DNA of 14,377 bases from contig NW_021825854.1 in NCBI RefSeq assembly GCF_006345805.1, forward strand, positions 1 through 14,377. The letters run 5' to 3'. Origin of the DNA: Octopus sinensis. Its lineage: Eukaryota. How positions within the stretch are numbered: the stretch's first letter is position 1; every line of letters starts with the position of its first letter. This document shows, piece by piece, positions 1-9,874 of the stretch. The notes under the pieces were generated by a model. It was given only the letters and a program-made list of their open reading frames with translations, searched no databases and was not told the origin of the DNA. Position numbers and translations under genes: made by a program.

Positions 1-385
1 ACACATACACACACACACACTCACGCAGACACACATACACAGACACACACAAGCATACACATACACACACACATACACACACAAGCATACACATACACAC
101 ACACATACACACACACATACACACACAAGCATACACATACACACACACACACACAAGCATACACATACACACACACATACACACACACACAAACACACAA
201 ACATACACACACACAAGCATACACATACACACACACACCACACACAAGCATACACATACACACGGCACGTACAATGCACATTGGGCAACATACACACCAC
301 AACCCACATAAACATTCACTAACACACACACAAACACATTCACATACACAAGCATACACACACGTGCACACACGCACACACACAT
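1..385. repeat. Compound (CA)n/(CATA)n microsatellite with recurring CAAGCATACAC interruptions
   Basis: CA-dinucleotide tract directly visible; the AAGCAT interruption recurs about 7 times. ORF 21..401 is its VC-repeat translation. Confidence 0.95.
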
Positions 386-1029
386 CCTCATGGAAACCCA
401 AGCAACGCTAGAATTGGTTTCAAGTGGTTTTCGGATTTTATAATTGATTAAACTGATAGAGAAATATTTAAAATTATGCTCGAACTCCCAACTGACACTC
501 GATAAAAATATAATTTGACGACTCAAAATACTATTTCATTGGTTTGAAGCTTCAACTTCGAAATTCTAATCTTAAATTTTATTTTATTTGGACTCTTCAC
601 TATTTTTCCTTGGTTTCTGAAGTTTTGATATTTCAAATCGAAAAAAAAAAAAGGAATGAATTTGCGAAAATAAAGCAAAGAAACAAATTTTGAATTCAAA
701 ATTCTAGCTTTACTAATTGTCACAAGAGTTTCATTCTACATCCTTAAGTAAGTATTTCTTTTTTCGGCCTCCATTTCCAAAAATCTAAACCAAATTTTTC
801 TTTGATTTTTCTATCAATAATAAAGACAAAAGAATGTTACAAGAAAGAATCTTCAATGTGGATATGGAACAGAATGGCAACATTTATACATGAAAAATGC
901 TAACACGCAAAAAGGGAATTTGCCTAACCAAATTCTTGTGAGATAGAATATCGACCACATTCGAAGCACAGGATCCTTGGGCAGTGGTTGAGCTCTCGCT
1001 CTAGTGCCTCAGTTCATCTCTTATCCTGA

Positions 1030-1235
1030 AAACCAGTGGCATTCCAGCCGTGACTAACCCTTCATTGGTGTCTATTATATAATGTTCGTTATTAATTGAA
1101 GAGGAACTAAAAGATTTGTCTGTGACTATTTCACTCTTTTAGGGATTTTGTTTAATGTTTCTTTTCTAAGACGATGGAGAATATAGATGTGGGGGAGATT
1201 AATCTGATGCTTCTACCAGGTCGAATGACAACATG
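1030..1235. mobile_element. Highly diverged interspersed-repeat fragment, same family as 13090-13222
   Basis: Two motifs occur in the same order in both places: CATTCCAGCCGTGAC vs TATTCCAGTCGTGAC, and GTGGGGGAGATT...CTTCTACCAGGTCGA vs GTGAGGGTGATT...TTTCAAGCAGGTCAA. Confidence 0.35.
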
Positions 1236-1270
1236 AGCCCGTAGTTTGCTGGTTTAGAATATTGTTTTGC

Positions 1271-1498
1271 GGTGAGCTGGCAGAATCGGTAGCGCGCCGG
1301 ACGAAATGCTTAGCGGTGTTTCGTCTGCCGTTGCGTTCTGAGTTCAAATTCCGCCGAGGTCGACTTTGCCTTTCATCCTTTCGGGGTCGATAAATTAAGT
1401 ACCAGTTACGTACTGAGGTCGATGTAATCCACTTAATCCCTTTGTCTGTCCTTGTTTGTCCCCTCTACGTTAAGTCCCTTGTGGGCAATAAAGAAATA
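1271..1498 (+). mobile_element. Full-length tRNA-derived SINE (family A) with 15-bp target-site duplication
   Basis: A-box-like TGGCAGAATCGG (1278-1289), B-box-like GAGTTCAAATTCC (1340-1352), central GACTTTGCCTTTCATCCTTTCGGGGTCGATAAATTAAGTACCAG, tail AATAAAGAAATA. Flanked by identical AGAATATTGTTTTGC at 1256-1270 and 1499-1513. Three related copies lie at 9875-10489. Confidence 0.92.
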
Positions 1499-1963
1499 AG
1501 AATATTGTTTTGCAGTTTGTACGATCGTTTTATTGACATTGTCTAAATGGCTGTGCGTCGAGTTTATACCCCCACCCCCTCTACCACTATTCATCTCTTC
1601 TCTTTACCACTGTCTGCATCTTCTCTCGAGTTTTCCAAAGCTCACTCGATTGATATCTCTTTCTTTAGGTGTTACTAAAGGTGTGGCTGTGTACTCCTGA
1701 TGAATGAGTTTTGGTGATTTGTTATTCTCTGCAATCTATCGCAACTGTTGCTAGAATTTCCTGAAGTTGTCAAACAAATGATCCAAAGGGGAGGGTCGAA
1801 GAATCTTTCCTGCTCCATTAATCCTGCAATAATCGTGCTTTGATATCGACCACACCGCATCTGGAGAACAGATTTACAGAGACCAGATCTCTGCGTGGCC
1901 ACATGAGGTTTCACTTTTAATGGTTTAGTCAGAGGAAGAAAGGATCTCGTTCTTGATCCTTAC

Positions 1964-2014
1964 CAGTGTCTGAGACTAGTGGAGGCGGGGGGAAGCTATC
2001 CTCAATCCAGGGAC
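1964..2014 (-). other. Candidate 51-nt phase-1/phase-1 exon (GPWIEDSFPPPPLVSDTG), unverified
   Basis: Minus strand reads TATAAGCATTTTGTGTAG|GTCCC...GACACTG|GTAAGG; frame-preserving and stop-free. No homology recognised. Confidence 0.2.
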
Positions 2015-2182
2015 CTACACAAAATGCTTATAACAGAGCAGCCAAAGACGATCCATATTCAGATGGTGGTGGTTCTTTTCAAGCTGTCCATCGAAACACC
2101 TAAAACCCCAAAACTTGAAAAGACCTGATGTGGATGAAATGCGTCTGGCATTCTCGGTGACCGCTTCCGGAACGAATTTTCA

Positions 2183-2285
2183 TCTCTCTCTCTCCACACA
2201 CACACACACTTTCACTATGTCTCTCTGTCTCTCTCTCTGTCTCTCTCTGTCTCTCTCTCTCACACACACACACACGCACACACAC
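2183..2285. repeat. Compound (CT)n/(CA)n microsatellite
   Basis: Directly visible. Confidence 0.95.
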
Positions 2286-2345
2286 TTTCTTTATTTGGCA
2301 CTCAGGCCACTAACACAGAGGGGACACTACAAGGACAGACACAAC
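2286..2345 (-). mobile_element. Isolated retroelement 3'-end fragment sharing the family A SINE tail
   Basis: Reverse complement TGTCTGTCCTTGTAGTGTCCCCTCTGTGTTAGTGGCCTGAGTGCCAAATAAAGAAA aligns to SINE tail 1443-1496 TGTCTGTCCTTGTTTGTCCCCTCTACGTTAAGTCCCTTGTGGGCAATAAAGAAA. Confidence 0.7.
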
Positions 2346-2533
2346 ACCACAGTGGGGACAATAAACATAGAACGAATGAGTATGAATATTATATAATAAT
2401 GAAAGATAAAATGGCTGCATGGGCCCCACTCTTCAGGCAGTACCACATACATAAGCACAAAAATCTAAAAACGAAGAAACGCTAGCACACATGTAATACA
2501 TACTTAGGAAGCAATACGCTTCTTAACAACGAT

Positions 2534-2710
2534 ACATACATATATGTGTGTGTCTGTGTGTGTGTGTGTGTGTGTGTATGCGTGTGTATGTGTACATATA
2601 TATATATATGTGTGAGTGTGTGTATACACATACACTCACTCTCTCTCTCTCTCTCTCGCTCTCTCTCCCCCCTCTCTCTCTCTCACACACACATATATGT
2701 ATGTATATAC
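2534..2710. repeat. Compound (TG)n/(TA)n/(CT)n/(CA)n microsatellite
   Basis: Directly visible. Confidence 0.95.
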
Positions 2711-3046
2711 CCATGTATAAACGCAGATGTACGTATGTGCGTCAACACCCGCTCCATTTCGCACCCACACCTGCCTTTGATTATATGGGCTGATTAAGCC
2801 GTGAAGATTTTAAGATTTTTGCCTATTTAATGTAAGTGTGAGAGAGCGATTTCTAAGTCGTACGCCTAGAAGGAAAGAATAAAATATTTGATACGACCGA
2901 AAACTAATCGAATGTAGCATGCACATTACAAGATTCCCAAATCAGCTTCTTTTATCTTTTAACATATAATTAAATTCATCGTTTGGCCATTTTAGGATTG
3001 AGGCTTCTCTTCGACTTTCAGCTTCTGTTCATCTACCTCAGGGTAT

Positions 3047-3176
3047 GTGGGTGTGTGTGTGTGGTATATATATGTATATATGCACATATTCATGAATATA
3101 TATATATACATCTATATATGCGTGTGTATAGATGTATGCATGTATACCACACACACACACACACACACATATAATA

Positions 3177-3245
<69 letters not shown>

Positions 3246-3272
3246 TTTAATATATATATACATACACATATA
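3047..3272. repeat. Compound (TG)/(TA)/(CA) microsatellite including about 31 pure TA units (3179-3240)
   Basis: Directly visible. Confidence 0.95.
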
Positions 3273-3898
3273 CATAGCTATTGAAATACTTTACTGATTG
3301 ATGGAATATTCTGTATAATGATACGGCATAATATATCGTATCTCATTATAGCCTATCACTTCATTTTACGCATACTGTGTTAAATACTTCATACGTACAT
3401 ACATGTATAACACATAAATATGCATTGCACACATACATGATATATGTGTTTGGCTATATATCAATACATGAAGTGCACGTGTGTAGGTATATAGAAAAAT
3501 AGATATACAGATAGATAGACAAACAGACAGACACTCGTGTATCAAAGGAACATAGATTACATAATTGCAAGTATATATACACCTTCATATACGTACAAAG
3601 TAACTCATTCACAGATTCAGGAATTCCAAATCAAAAAGTGCCTTGCCATTTTGTGACCGGCTTAAATTCTGCCAAAATGAATTTTAATAAATCTCCATGA
3701 CGAACAGGCATTCATGGATCGAAACCTAGACTTTCTTCCACCCGGAATAAATATTGTTTTTAAAAAATCACTCCAAACCAATGCCAATGCTGGAAATATA
3801 GGCAAAGAAGGAGACTAATATGGATTTAGGAAAAACAATCTCGAAGCAGAACGGTGGAAATAAGGCAAGACTTTCTAAAGTCTAACGTGTAGCCTTCA

Positions 3899-4308
3899 TT
3901 TTTTTTTCTTTTACTTGTTTCAGTCATTTGACTGCGGCCATGCTGGAGCACCGCCTTTGGTCGAGCAAATCGACCCCGGGACTTATTCTTTGTAAGCCCA
4001 GTACTTATTCTATCGGTCTCTTTTGCGGAACCGCTAAGTAACGGGGACGTAAACACACCAGCATCGGTTGTCAAGCACATGCTAGGGGTAGGGGGCAAAC
4101 ACAGAGACAACAAAACACACACACACACACACACATACATATATATACATAAATACGACAGGCTTCTTTCAGTTTCCGTTTACCAAATCCACTCACAAGG
4201 CATTGATCGGCCCGGGGCTATAGCAGAAGACACTTGCCCAAGATGCCACGCAGTGGGACTGAACCCGGAACCATGTGGTTTGTTAGCAAGCTAGTTACCA
4301 CACAGCCA
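3899..4308 (-). mobile_element. tRNA-headed SINE (family B, CORE-like) with internal (TG)n/(TA)n microsatellite
   Basis: Minus strand: TGGCTGTGTGGT...GGGTTCAGTCCC head, CATCTTGGGCAAGTGTCTT (similar to the start of the CORE domain, CCTTGGGCAAGT), internal microsatellite, 3' end GACTGAAACAAGTAAAAGAAAAAAAAA. A second copy is immediately adjacent. Confidence 0.85.
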
Positions 4309-4315
4309 TTCCAAC

Positions 4316-4677
4316 TTTTATTTGCTTCAGTCATTTCATTGCAGCCATGCTGGAGCACCGCCTTGAAGAACTTTCTCATCGGACGAATCGACCACAGCAC
4401 TTATCTTTTTGCGGGCTGGTACTTCTTCTATCGGTCTTTTTTGCTGAACCGCTCAGTTACGGGGACGTAAAGGCACCAACACCAGTTGTCAAGCAGTGGT
4501 GGAGTCAAACGCAGATGCAAACACACCACACGACGAGTTCTTTTTATGTTTCTACCAAACCAAATCCACCGACAAGGCTTTGGTCAGCCCCAGAACACTT
4601 GCCCATGGTGCCACACAGTGGGACTGAACGTGTAACCGTGTGATTGGGAAGCAAATTGCTTACCCCCACAGTCACGA
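4316..4677 (-). mobile_element. Second, more diverged family B SINE copy, flanked by CCATTCCAAC direct repeats
   Basis: Colinear similarity to 3899-4308 (e.g. GCCATGCTGGAGCACCGCCTT, ACGGGGACGTAAA, ACACTTGCCCA, CAGTGGGACTGAAC). 10-bp direct repeat at 4306-4315 and 4678-4687. Confidence 0.85.
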
Positions 4678-4939
4678 CCATTCCAACAAATTCCAGCAAC
4701 GGAACTTAGTCAACAGATTCTAAAATGTTATTCCGTCAACTCCATTCCTTCGTTTGTTTCCATATTTACCATTCAGAGAATCGGTATTTTCGCCAGGATT
4801 TACTGTTCGTATTAAATGTTATCTGTATTAAGAGGATAATGTTTTCTGATATCCTGACGCATAAATTCTGTCAACCAAGATATCATATGGAGTGTTGACT
4901 TGGTATTTGACAGGGCTCCCCAGGACCCTTGTTCACTAA

Positions 4940-5261
4940 ACATATGTACATATATGTGTGGATGTGCCTGTGTGTGTATGTGTGTGCATGTGTATGTTTG
5001 TGTGTATATATATATATATATACGTATGAATATACATATATATATATGTATATGTATATGCATATCTATGTCTACACACACACACATATATATATATAAC
5101 AATTTTGCATATATACATATGTATATATATGTATGTATATATATATATGTGTGTTGTGTGTAATATATAGTATATATATATGCATATATATATGTATATA
5201 TATATGTATATATATATTATATGTATATATGTGTTATATTATGTATATATATGTGTGTATA

Positions 5262-5318
<57 letters not shown>

Positions 5319-5360
5319 TATATATTATATATATATAATATATATTATATATATATATAG
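4940..5360. repeat. Compound (TG)/(TA)/(TATG) microsatellite
   Basis: Directly visible. Confidence 0.95.
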
Positions 5361-5859
5361 GCATGCAAACATGATTACGGTACATATTTGATACAGATAC
5401 ACAAATATAGGCAAATGTTGTATTTAGCCTACGATATATAATATCATAATATTTAAAAACAAAATTTATTGCATAATATTTTCTAATGGAATAAGTTATG
5501 AGAGAGATATCTCTTTTCGACAAACATGAGATATGCTGTGAAGTTGTTGAAAGTAAGGCAGAATTTCATTTGAGAACTAACATATTATATCGTAATATTC
5601 TATAAAGATATATTTGATATCCATAATGGTATGTTTATTCACAGGAATAAATAAACCCTGCAGATATCCACAGAAGAAACTGCCGTCAAACTAACAGAAA
5701 AAAAAGCCATCTACGATAGTATTAATGTCGGTTTTATGATACACTCAAACGCCATTTTGAATTGATAAACATTTTTTCACTCTCGCGAATATCAACGCTT
5801 AACCGTGGTATATTCGGTTCGCCTGTTTCAATATTTATGTAACGTATGCCATTTAGTTA

Positions 5860-6295
<436 letters not shown>

Positions 6296-6359
6296 AAATC
6301 CAGATTACTTTATGTTTATGTTGATATGGGTATATAGATACCATGACTCATATATTTCG

Positions 6360-6539
6360 CACAGACATGCACACATACACACATACACATGCACACACAC
6401 GCGCACACACACATGCACATACACACACACACACACACACAAACACCAAACACATGCATACAGGTTTGCTCGTAGTTATCCGTATATATAGCATACTTTC
6501 ATAATTTCTGTTCTTATGTAAAATACACACACGCACGCA

Positions 6540-6579
<40 letters not shown>

Positions 6580-6580
6580 T
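6360..6580. repeat. Interrupted (CA)n microsatellites
   Basis: Directly visible. Confidence 0.9.
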
Positions 6581-6689
6581 GTTTGTATCCATGTGTGCAT
6601 ATGCCGGGTGGTTGTGGGTTTTGTTTATTAATGTTTAAACATATCGCACGAATATATATTTCATTTTATGCATAGCACACAGAAAGACA

Positions 6690-7240
6690 CTGGCATACAA
6701 CTGCATACACACATACACACATACAAATGCATACATAGATACATACATACATACACACACACACGCATGCATACAAATGCATACATACATACATACATCC
6801 ATCCATACATACATACATACATACATACATACATACATACATACATACATCCATACATACATACATACATGCATACATACATACATACATACATACATCC
6901 ATCCATCCATCCATACATACATACAAACATACATACAAATGCATACATACATACGCACACATACATAGATACACACACACATCCATAGACACACATACAT
7001 ACACACACATACATACACACACATACATACATGCATACACGCATACATACATACATGCATACATACACACATACATACATACATACATGTATACATACAT
7101 ACATACATACATACATACATGCATACATACATACACACATACATACAACATACATACATACATACATACATACATACATACATACATACATACATACATG
7201 CATATATACACACACACACATACATACATACACGCATGCA
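6690..7240. repeat. About 550-bp (CATA)n tetranucleotide array with CATC, CATG and CACA variants
   Basis: Directly visible. Its minus strand has no stop codons, which explains the 200-217 aa MYVC ORFs. Confidence 0.97.
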
Positions 7241-7341
7241 TATTTCTGTGAGTTGGTTTGTGAGAAATCATTTGTGCCTGTCTGGATATGTGCAAAATAT
7301 TGAAATATATTCACTGAATATAAATTGCCATTTATTCAACG

Positions 7342-7540
7342 ACACACACACACACACACACGTGTGTGTGTATGTGCATGATTATATTTAAATAAATATT
7401 TATGTATATTCATACATATATATATATATATATATATCTATATATATATATATATATATAGGTCTCTCTATATTTATGTCTCTATATATATTTTGTGTGT
7501 ATATGTATAGGTTAATGTGTGTGTGTGTGTTGTGTGTATG
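7342..7540. repeat. (CA)n/(TG)n/(TA)n microsatellite cluster
   Basis: Directly visible. Confidence 0.9.
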
Positions 7541-7735
7541 AATTGTATTCCAATTACTTGAATCGCCGTGGCTGATGGAGCGTGTGAGGTAAACTGCTCA
7601 CAGCTGGGGAAGATATTTCCCTCAAGAGAATCCAATAAGCATTACGGGTACACGAATAGCAACCTACATGTACAAAAAAGGCATACGGGTACATGATCGA
7701 TGACAACCGGCACATGGGTAACGATACCTCGGTAC

Positions 7736-7806
7736 ATGAATAACGACATATCTGCGACACACGGGAAGATAAATTGTGTGTCGCACGATTATGTAAATTT
7801 ATTCAT
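7736..7806. ncRNA. 71-nt imperfect hairpin, pre-miRNA-like (candidate only)
   Basis: ATGAATAA/TTATTCAT (8 bp), ACAT/ATGT, ATC/GAT and TGCGACACAC/GTGTGTCGCA (10 bp) around a 13-nt loop. No match to a miRNA I recognise. Confidence 0.3.
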
Positions 7807-7973
7807 CACGCTAAATTTTATCTTTAGGCAGATTTTTAACCGAGACCCACGTAATCAATATTAAACGGGTATATAGAAGTAGATACCCGTTTGTCTTTTT
7901 AATAAATCGCCATGCAAAAGAGGACTCTGCGACAAAATTATCCAGAAACAACGAGATAGAGAACACGATGAGT

Positions 7974-8440
7974 CATTTTTCATTCATTGTTCGACCGTGG
8001 TCGAGACAATGGAATTTTTTATGTTACGCCAGACTTTACGGTCCATCATATCATTACGGAGGTCCTGTTGCTGGATGCCTGTATCCCTGGAGATTACATC
8101 AGGGTAGGAGAGTGTGCGCCCTCTGGTATCGCGAGTAGATGGCTTCCAGAGGAGAAGAGTAGAAATTACCTCTTTTTCAGCTCTACAACAATGTCCAGCA
8201 AACTGGACTCTCCTACCTTTCACAAGAGATGATGCAGGTGGTAATTTCCCGTATATTTGTACTTTGGTTGGATGACGCTTCCACGAGAGATTTTGAGCTC
8301 TCATAAGGAGGCGAATGTAAGTTCCATCCAACCGCCTCTCAAGCTTCTTTGATAACGTCCAGGTTTCTGAGCCATGTAGTAGAACTGGTTAGACTGTGGC
8401 TTTGAAGATTTTAAGTTTGAAGTCTCTACGATGAGTAATA
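7974..8440 (-). mobile_element. 5'-truncated RTE/RTEX-like LINE, C-terminal end of ORF2, decayed
   Basis: One minus frame reads RDFKLKIFKATV*PVLLHGSETWTLSKKLERRLDGTYIRLLMRAQNLSWKRHPT...RRVQFAGHCCR...LLLWKP...GR...YPDVISRDTG, typical of the post-RT region of RTE-like elements. One in-frame stop; the ORF ends at 7984 and is followed by a short AATG-type tail. Confidence 0.85.
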
Positions 8441-8609
8441 GAAAGGAATTTAAACCATTCTCCGTTGCTGCAGCAACTTTGTCTTCAAGGCTGTCACACA
8501 CCACATTGTACAGGGGAAAACCTTGTGTGTGCAAACATCTATATCAGTGAGTCACCAGAATGGAAACAAGGACTGGATAATTAGAAGCAAACAAAGTTCA
8601 ATAAAAATA

Positions 8610-9002
8610 TATGGATGGAAGCACTCCATCGGTTACGACGACGAGGGTTCCGGTTGATCCGAATCAACAGAACAGCCTGCTCGTGAAATTAACGTGTAAG
8701 TGGCTGAGCACTCCACAGACACGTGTACCCTTAACGCAGTTCTCGGGGATATTCAGCGTGACACAGAGAGTGACAAGGCCGGCCCTTTTGAAATTCAGGT
8801 ACAACAGAAACAGGAAGTAAGAGTGAGAGAAAGTTGTGGTGAAAGAGTACAGCAGGGATCACTACCATCCCCTGCCGGAGCCTCGTGGAGCTTTAGGTGT
8901 TTTCGCTCAATAAACACTCACAACGCCCGGTCTGGGAATCGAAACTGCGATCCTATGACCGCGAGTCCGCTGCCCTAACCACTGGGCCATTGCGCCTCCA
9001 CT
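8610..9002 (-). mobile_element. About 390-bp tRNA-derived SINE (family C) with probable 10-bp target-site duplication
   Basis: Minus strand head GGAGGCGCAATGGCCCAGTGGTTAGGGCAGCGGACTCGCGGTCATAGGATCGCAGTTTCGATTCCCAG with A and B boxes; TCCATCCA tail. AATAAAAATA flanks both sides (8600-8609, 9003-9012); it is AT-rich, so chance is possible. Confidence 0.85.
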
Positions 9003-9310
9003 AATAAAAATAAATACAGCAGTGTTGAATGTCCCAGAATATTATTACGATATTATTTACTTAGCCGTCACTCACAAGCGAGTATGATGTAGTCGCTTGC
9101 TCGATACTTTCTCTAAAAAGAAGGAAAGAGAATAAGAGATACAGTTATCATTAGAGGCGCATTAGAGGTACACATACTAGGCTTGGTGACAGGAAATGAG
9201 TAAAGGAAAACTATGCACACGCAGTGAGAGAGAAAGAATCATAGAGATGGGGAGGAGGAGGAGGAAGGAATAAATGACAAGGTAGTTATGGTAGGAGTTA
9301 TACGAACGAG

Positions 9311-9559
9311 AAATTTACATTATTTACATTTGACGGATATTTGTCATCTTCTTTGTTGTTAACACAACATTTCGGCTGATATACCCTCCAGCCTTCATCA
9401 GGTGTCTTGGGGAAATTTCGAACTTGGGTCCTCATTCCTAAGCTATTTTTCGATCTTGTTATTATTATTATTATTATTATTATTCCGGTCACTGCCTCGA
9501 ATCGAACTCGGAATCTTAGGGTTAGTAGCCCGCGCTCTTAACCACTACGCCATATATCC
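9311..9559 (-). mobile_element. tRNA-headed SINE-like element (family D): Pol III head, (AAT)n linker, Penelope-like 3' region
   Basis: A-box TGGCGTAGTGG (9552-9542), B-box GAGTTCGATTC (9509-9499), anticodon-like arm GGG-CTACTAA-CCC, then (AAT)n, then CCTGATGAAGGCTGGAGGGTATATCAGCCGAAA. Confidence 0.75.
9361..9406 (-). ncRNA. Minimal type-I hammerhead ribozyme motif (PLE-type), one core-adjacent substitution
   Basis: GACAC-CUGAUGA-A-GGCUG-gaggguauau-CAGCC-GAAA-U-GUU-GUGUU. Stem I GACAC/GUGUU, stem II GGCUG/CAGCC, cores CUGAUGA and GAAA, cleavage triplet GUU. Confidence 0.65.
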
Positions 9560-9560
9560 G

Positions 9561-9666
9561 TGGAGGGTATATCAACCGAAACATTGTGTTAACAACAAAC
9601 AAGATTAGGACAAATATCCGTCAAATGTAAGTAATGTACATAATTCCGCATTTCTTAAATATAGAA
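9561..9666 (+). mobile_element. Inverted partial copy of the family D / PLE-like 3' end, abutting the SINE head
   Basis: 9561-9640 is the reverse complement of 9314-9390 with 6 mismatches and one 3-nt gap. It starts within stem II and lacks CTGATGA. Confidence 0.85.
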
Positions 9667-9874
9667 TGAATGAGAAATTTGTTTAAATTTTATTTTATTT
9701 TAAGGTAATAAATATTTTTCTTTTCAAAATTCGTACAGATCCTCATTTTGTAGAAACACCAAGAAATTCAATAAAATTCAAAATCTCTAATTCTTGTATG
9801 TAAGCCTTATGTCCTTGTATTACTCGCAGTCCCGAATGTATACTCCCAAAGTTAACGGTCACATGACCGATAAT

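Noticed and set aside
686-703. 18-bp perfect palindrome AATTTTGAATTCAAAATT (also TTGAAGCTTCAA at 544-555)
   Set aside because: Very AT-rich context, no associated boundary or element, and no full heat-shock-element pattern.
2996-3042. Possible plus-strand micro-exon (47 nt, or 21 nt from 3022) ending at AGG|GTATGT; minus frame [16 protein letters not shown]
   Set aside because: Several alternative readings are equally weak, it adjoins a microsatellite, and no homology is recognised.
6635-7314. 200-217 aa ORFs (MYVC repeats), plus VC/IY/TH ORFs at 21-401, 2523-2797, 3047-3275, 4812-5163, 5805-6344 and 13866-14295
   Set aside because: These are translations of microsatellites that lack stop codons in those frames; there is no protein-like complexity.
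7554-7760. 68-aa minus ORF with a donor-like CAA|GTAATT near 7558
   Set aside because: No convincing acceptor and frame combination, and the region is better explained by degenerate repeats and hairpins.
8301-8534. 77-aa ORF next to the LINE
   Set aside because: It is an off-frame reading of the LINE remnant plus flank; the LINE-like peptide is in a different frame.
8611-8978. 69-aa and 92-aa ORFs
   Set aside because: They are antisense readings of the family C SINE.
8925-9001. tRNA-like sequences here and at 1271-1355, 4250-4308 and 9485-9559
   Set aside because: They have A and B boxes but no complete cloverleaf or acceptor stem, and continue into SINE bodies; they are SINE heads, not tRNA genes.
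9075-9099. Short hairpin CAAGCGA/TCGCTTG
   Set aside because: A 7-bp stem is expected by chance in 14 kb.
9561-9600. Second hammerhead in the inverted arm
   Set aside because: It lacks CTGATGA and the 5' strands of stems I and II, so it cannot fold alone.
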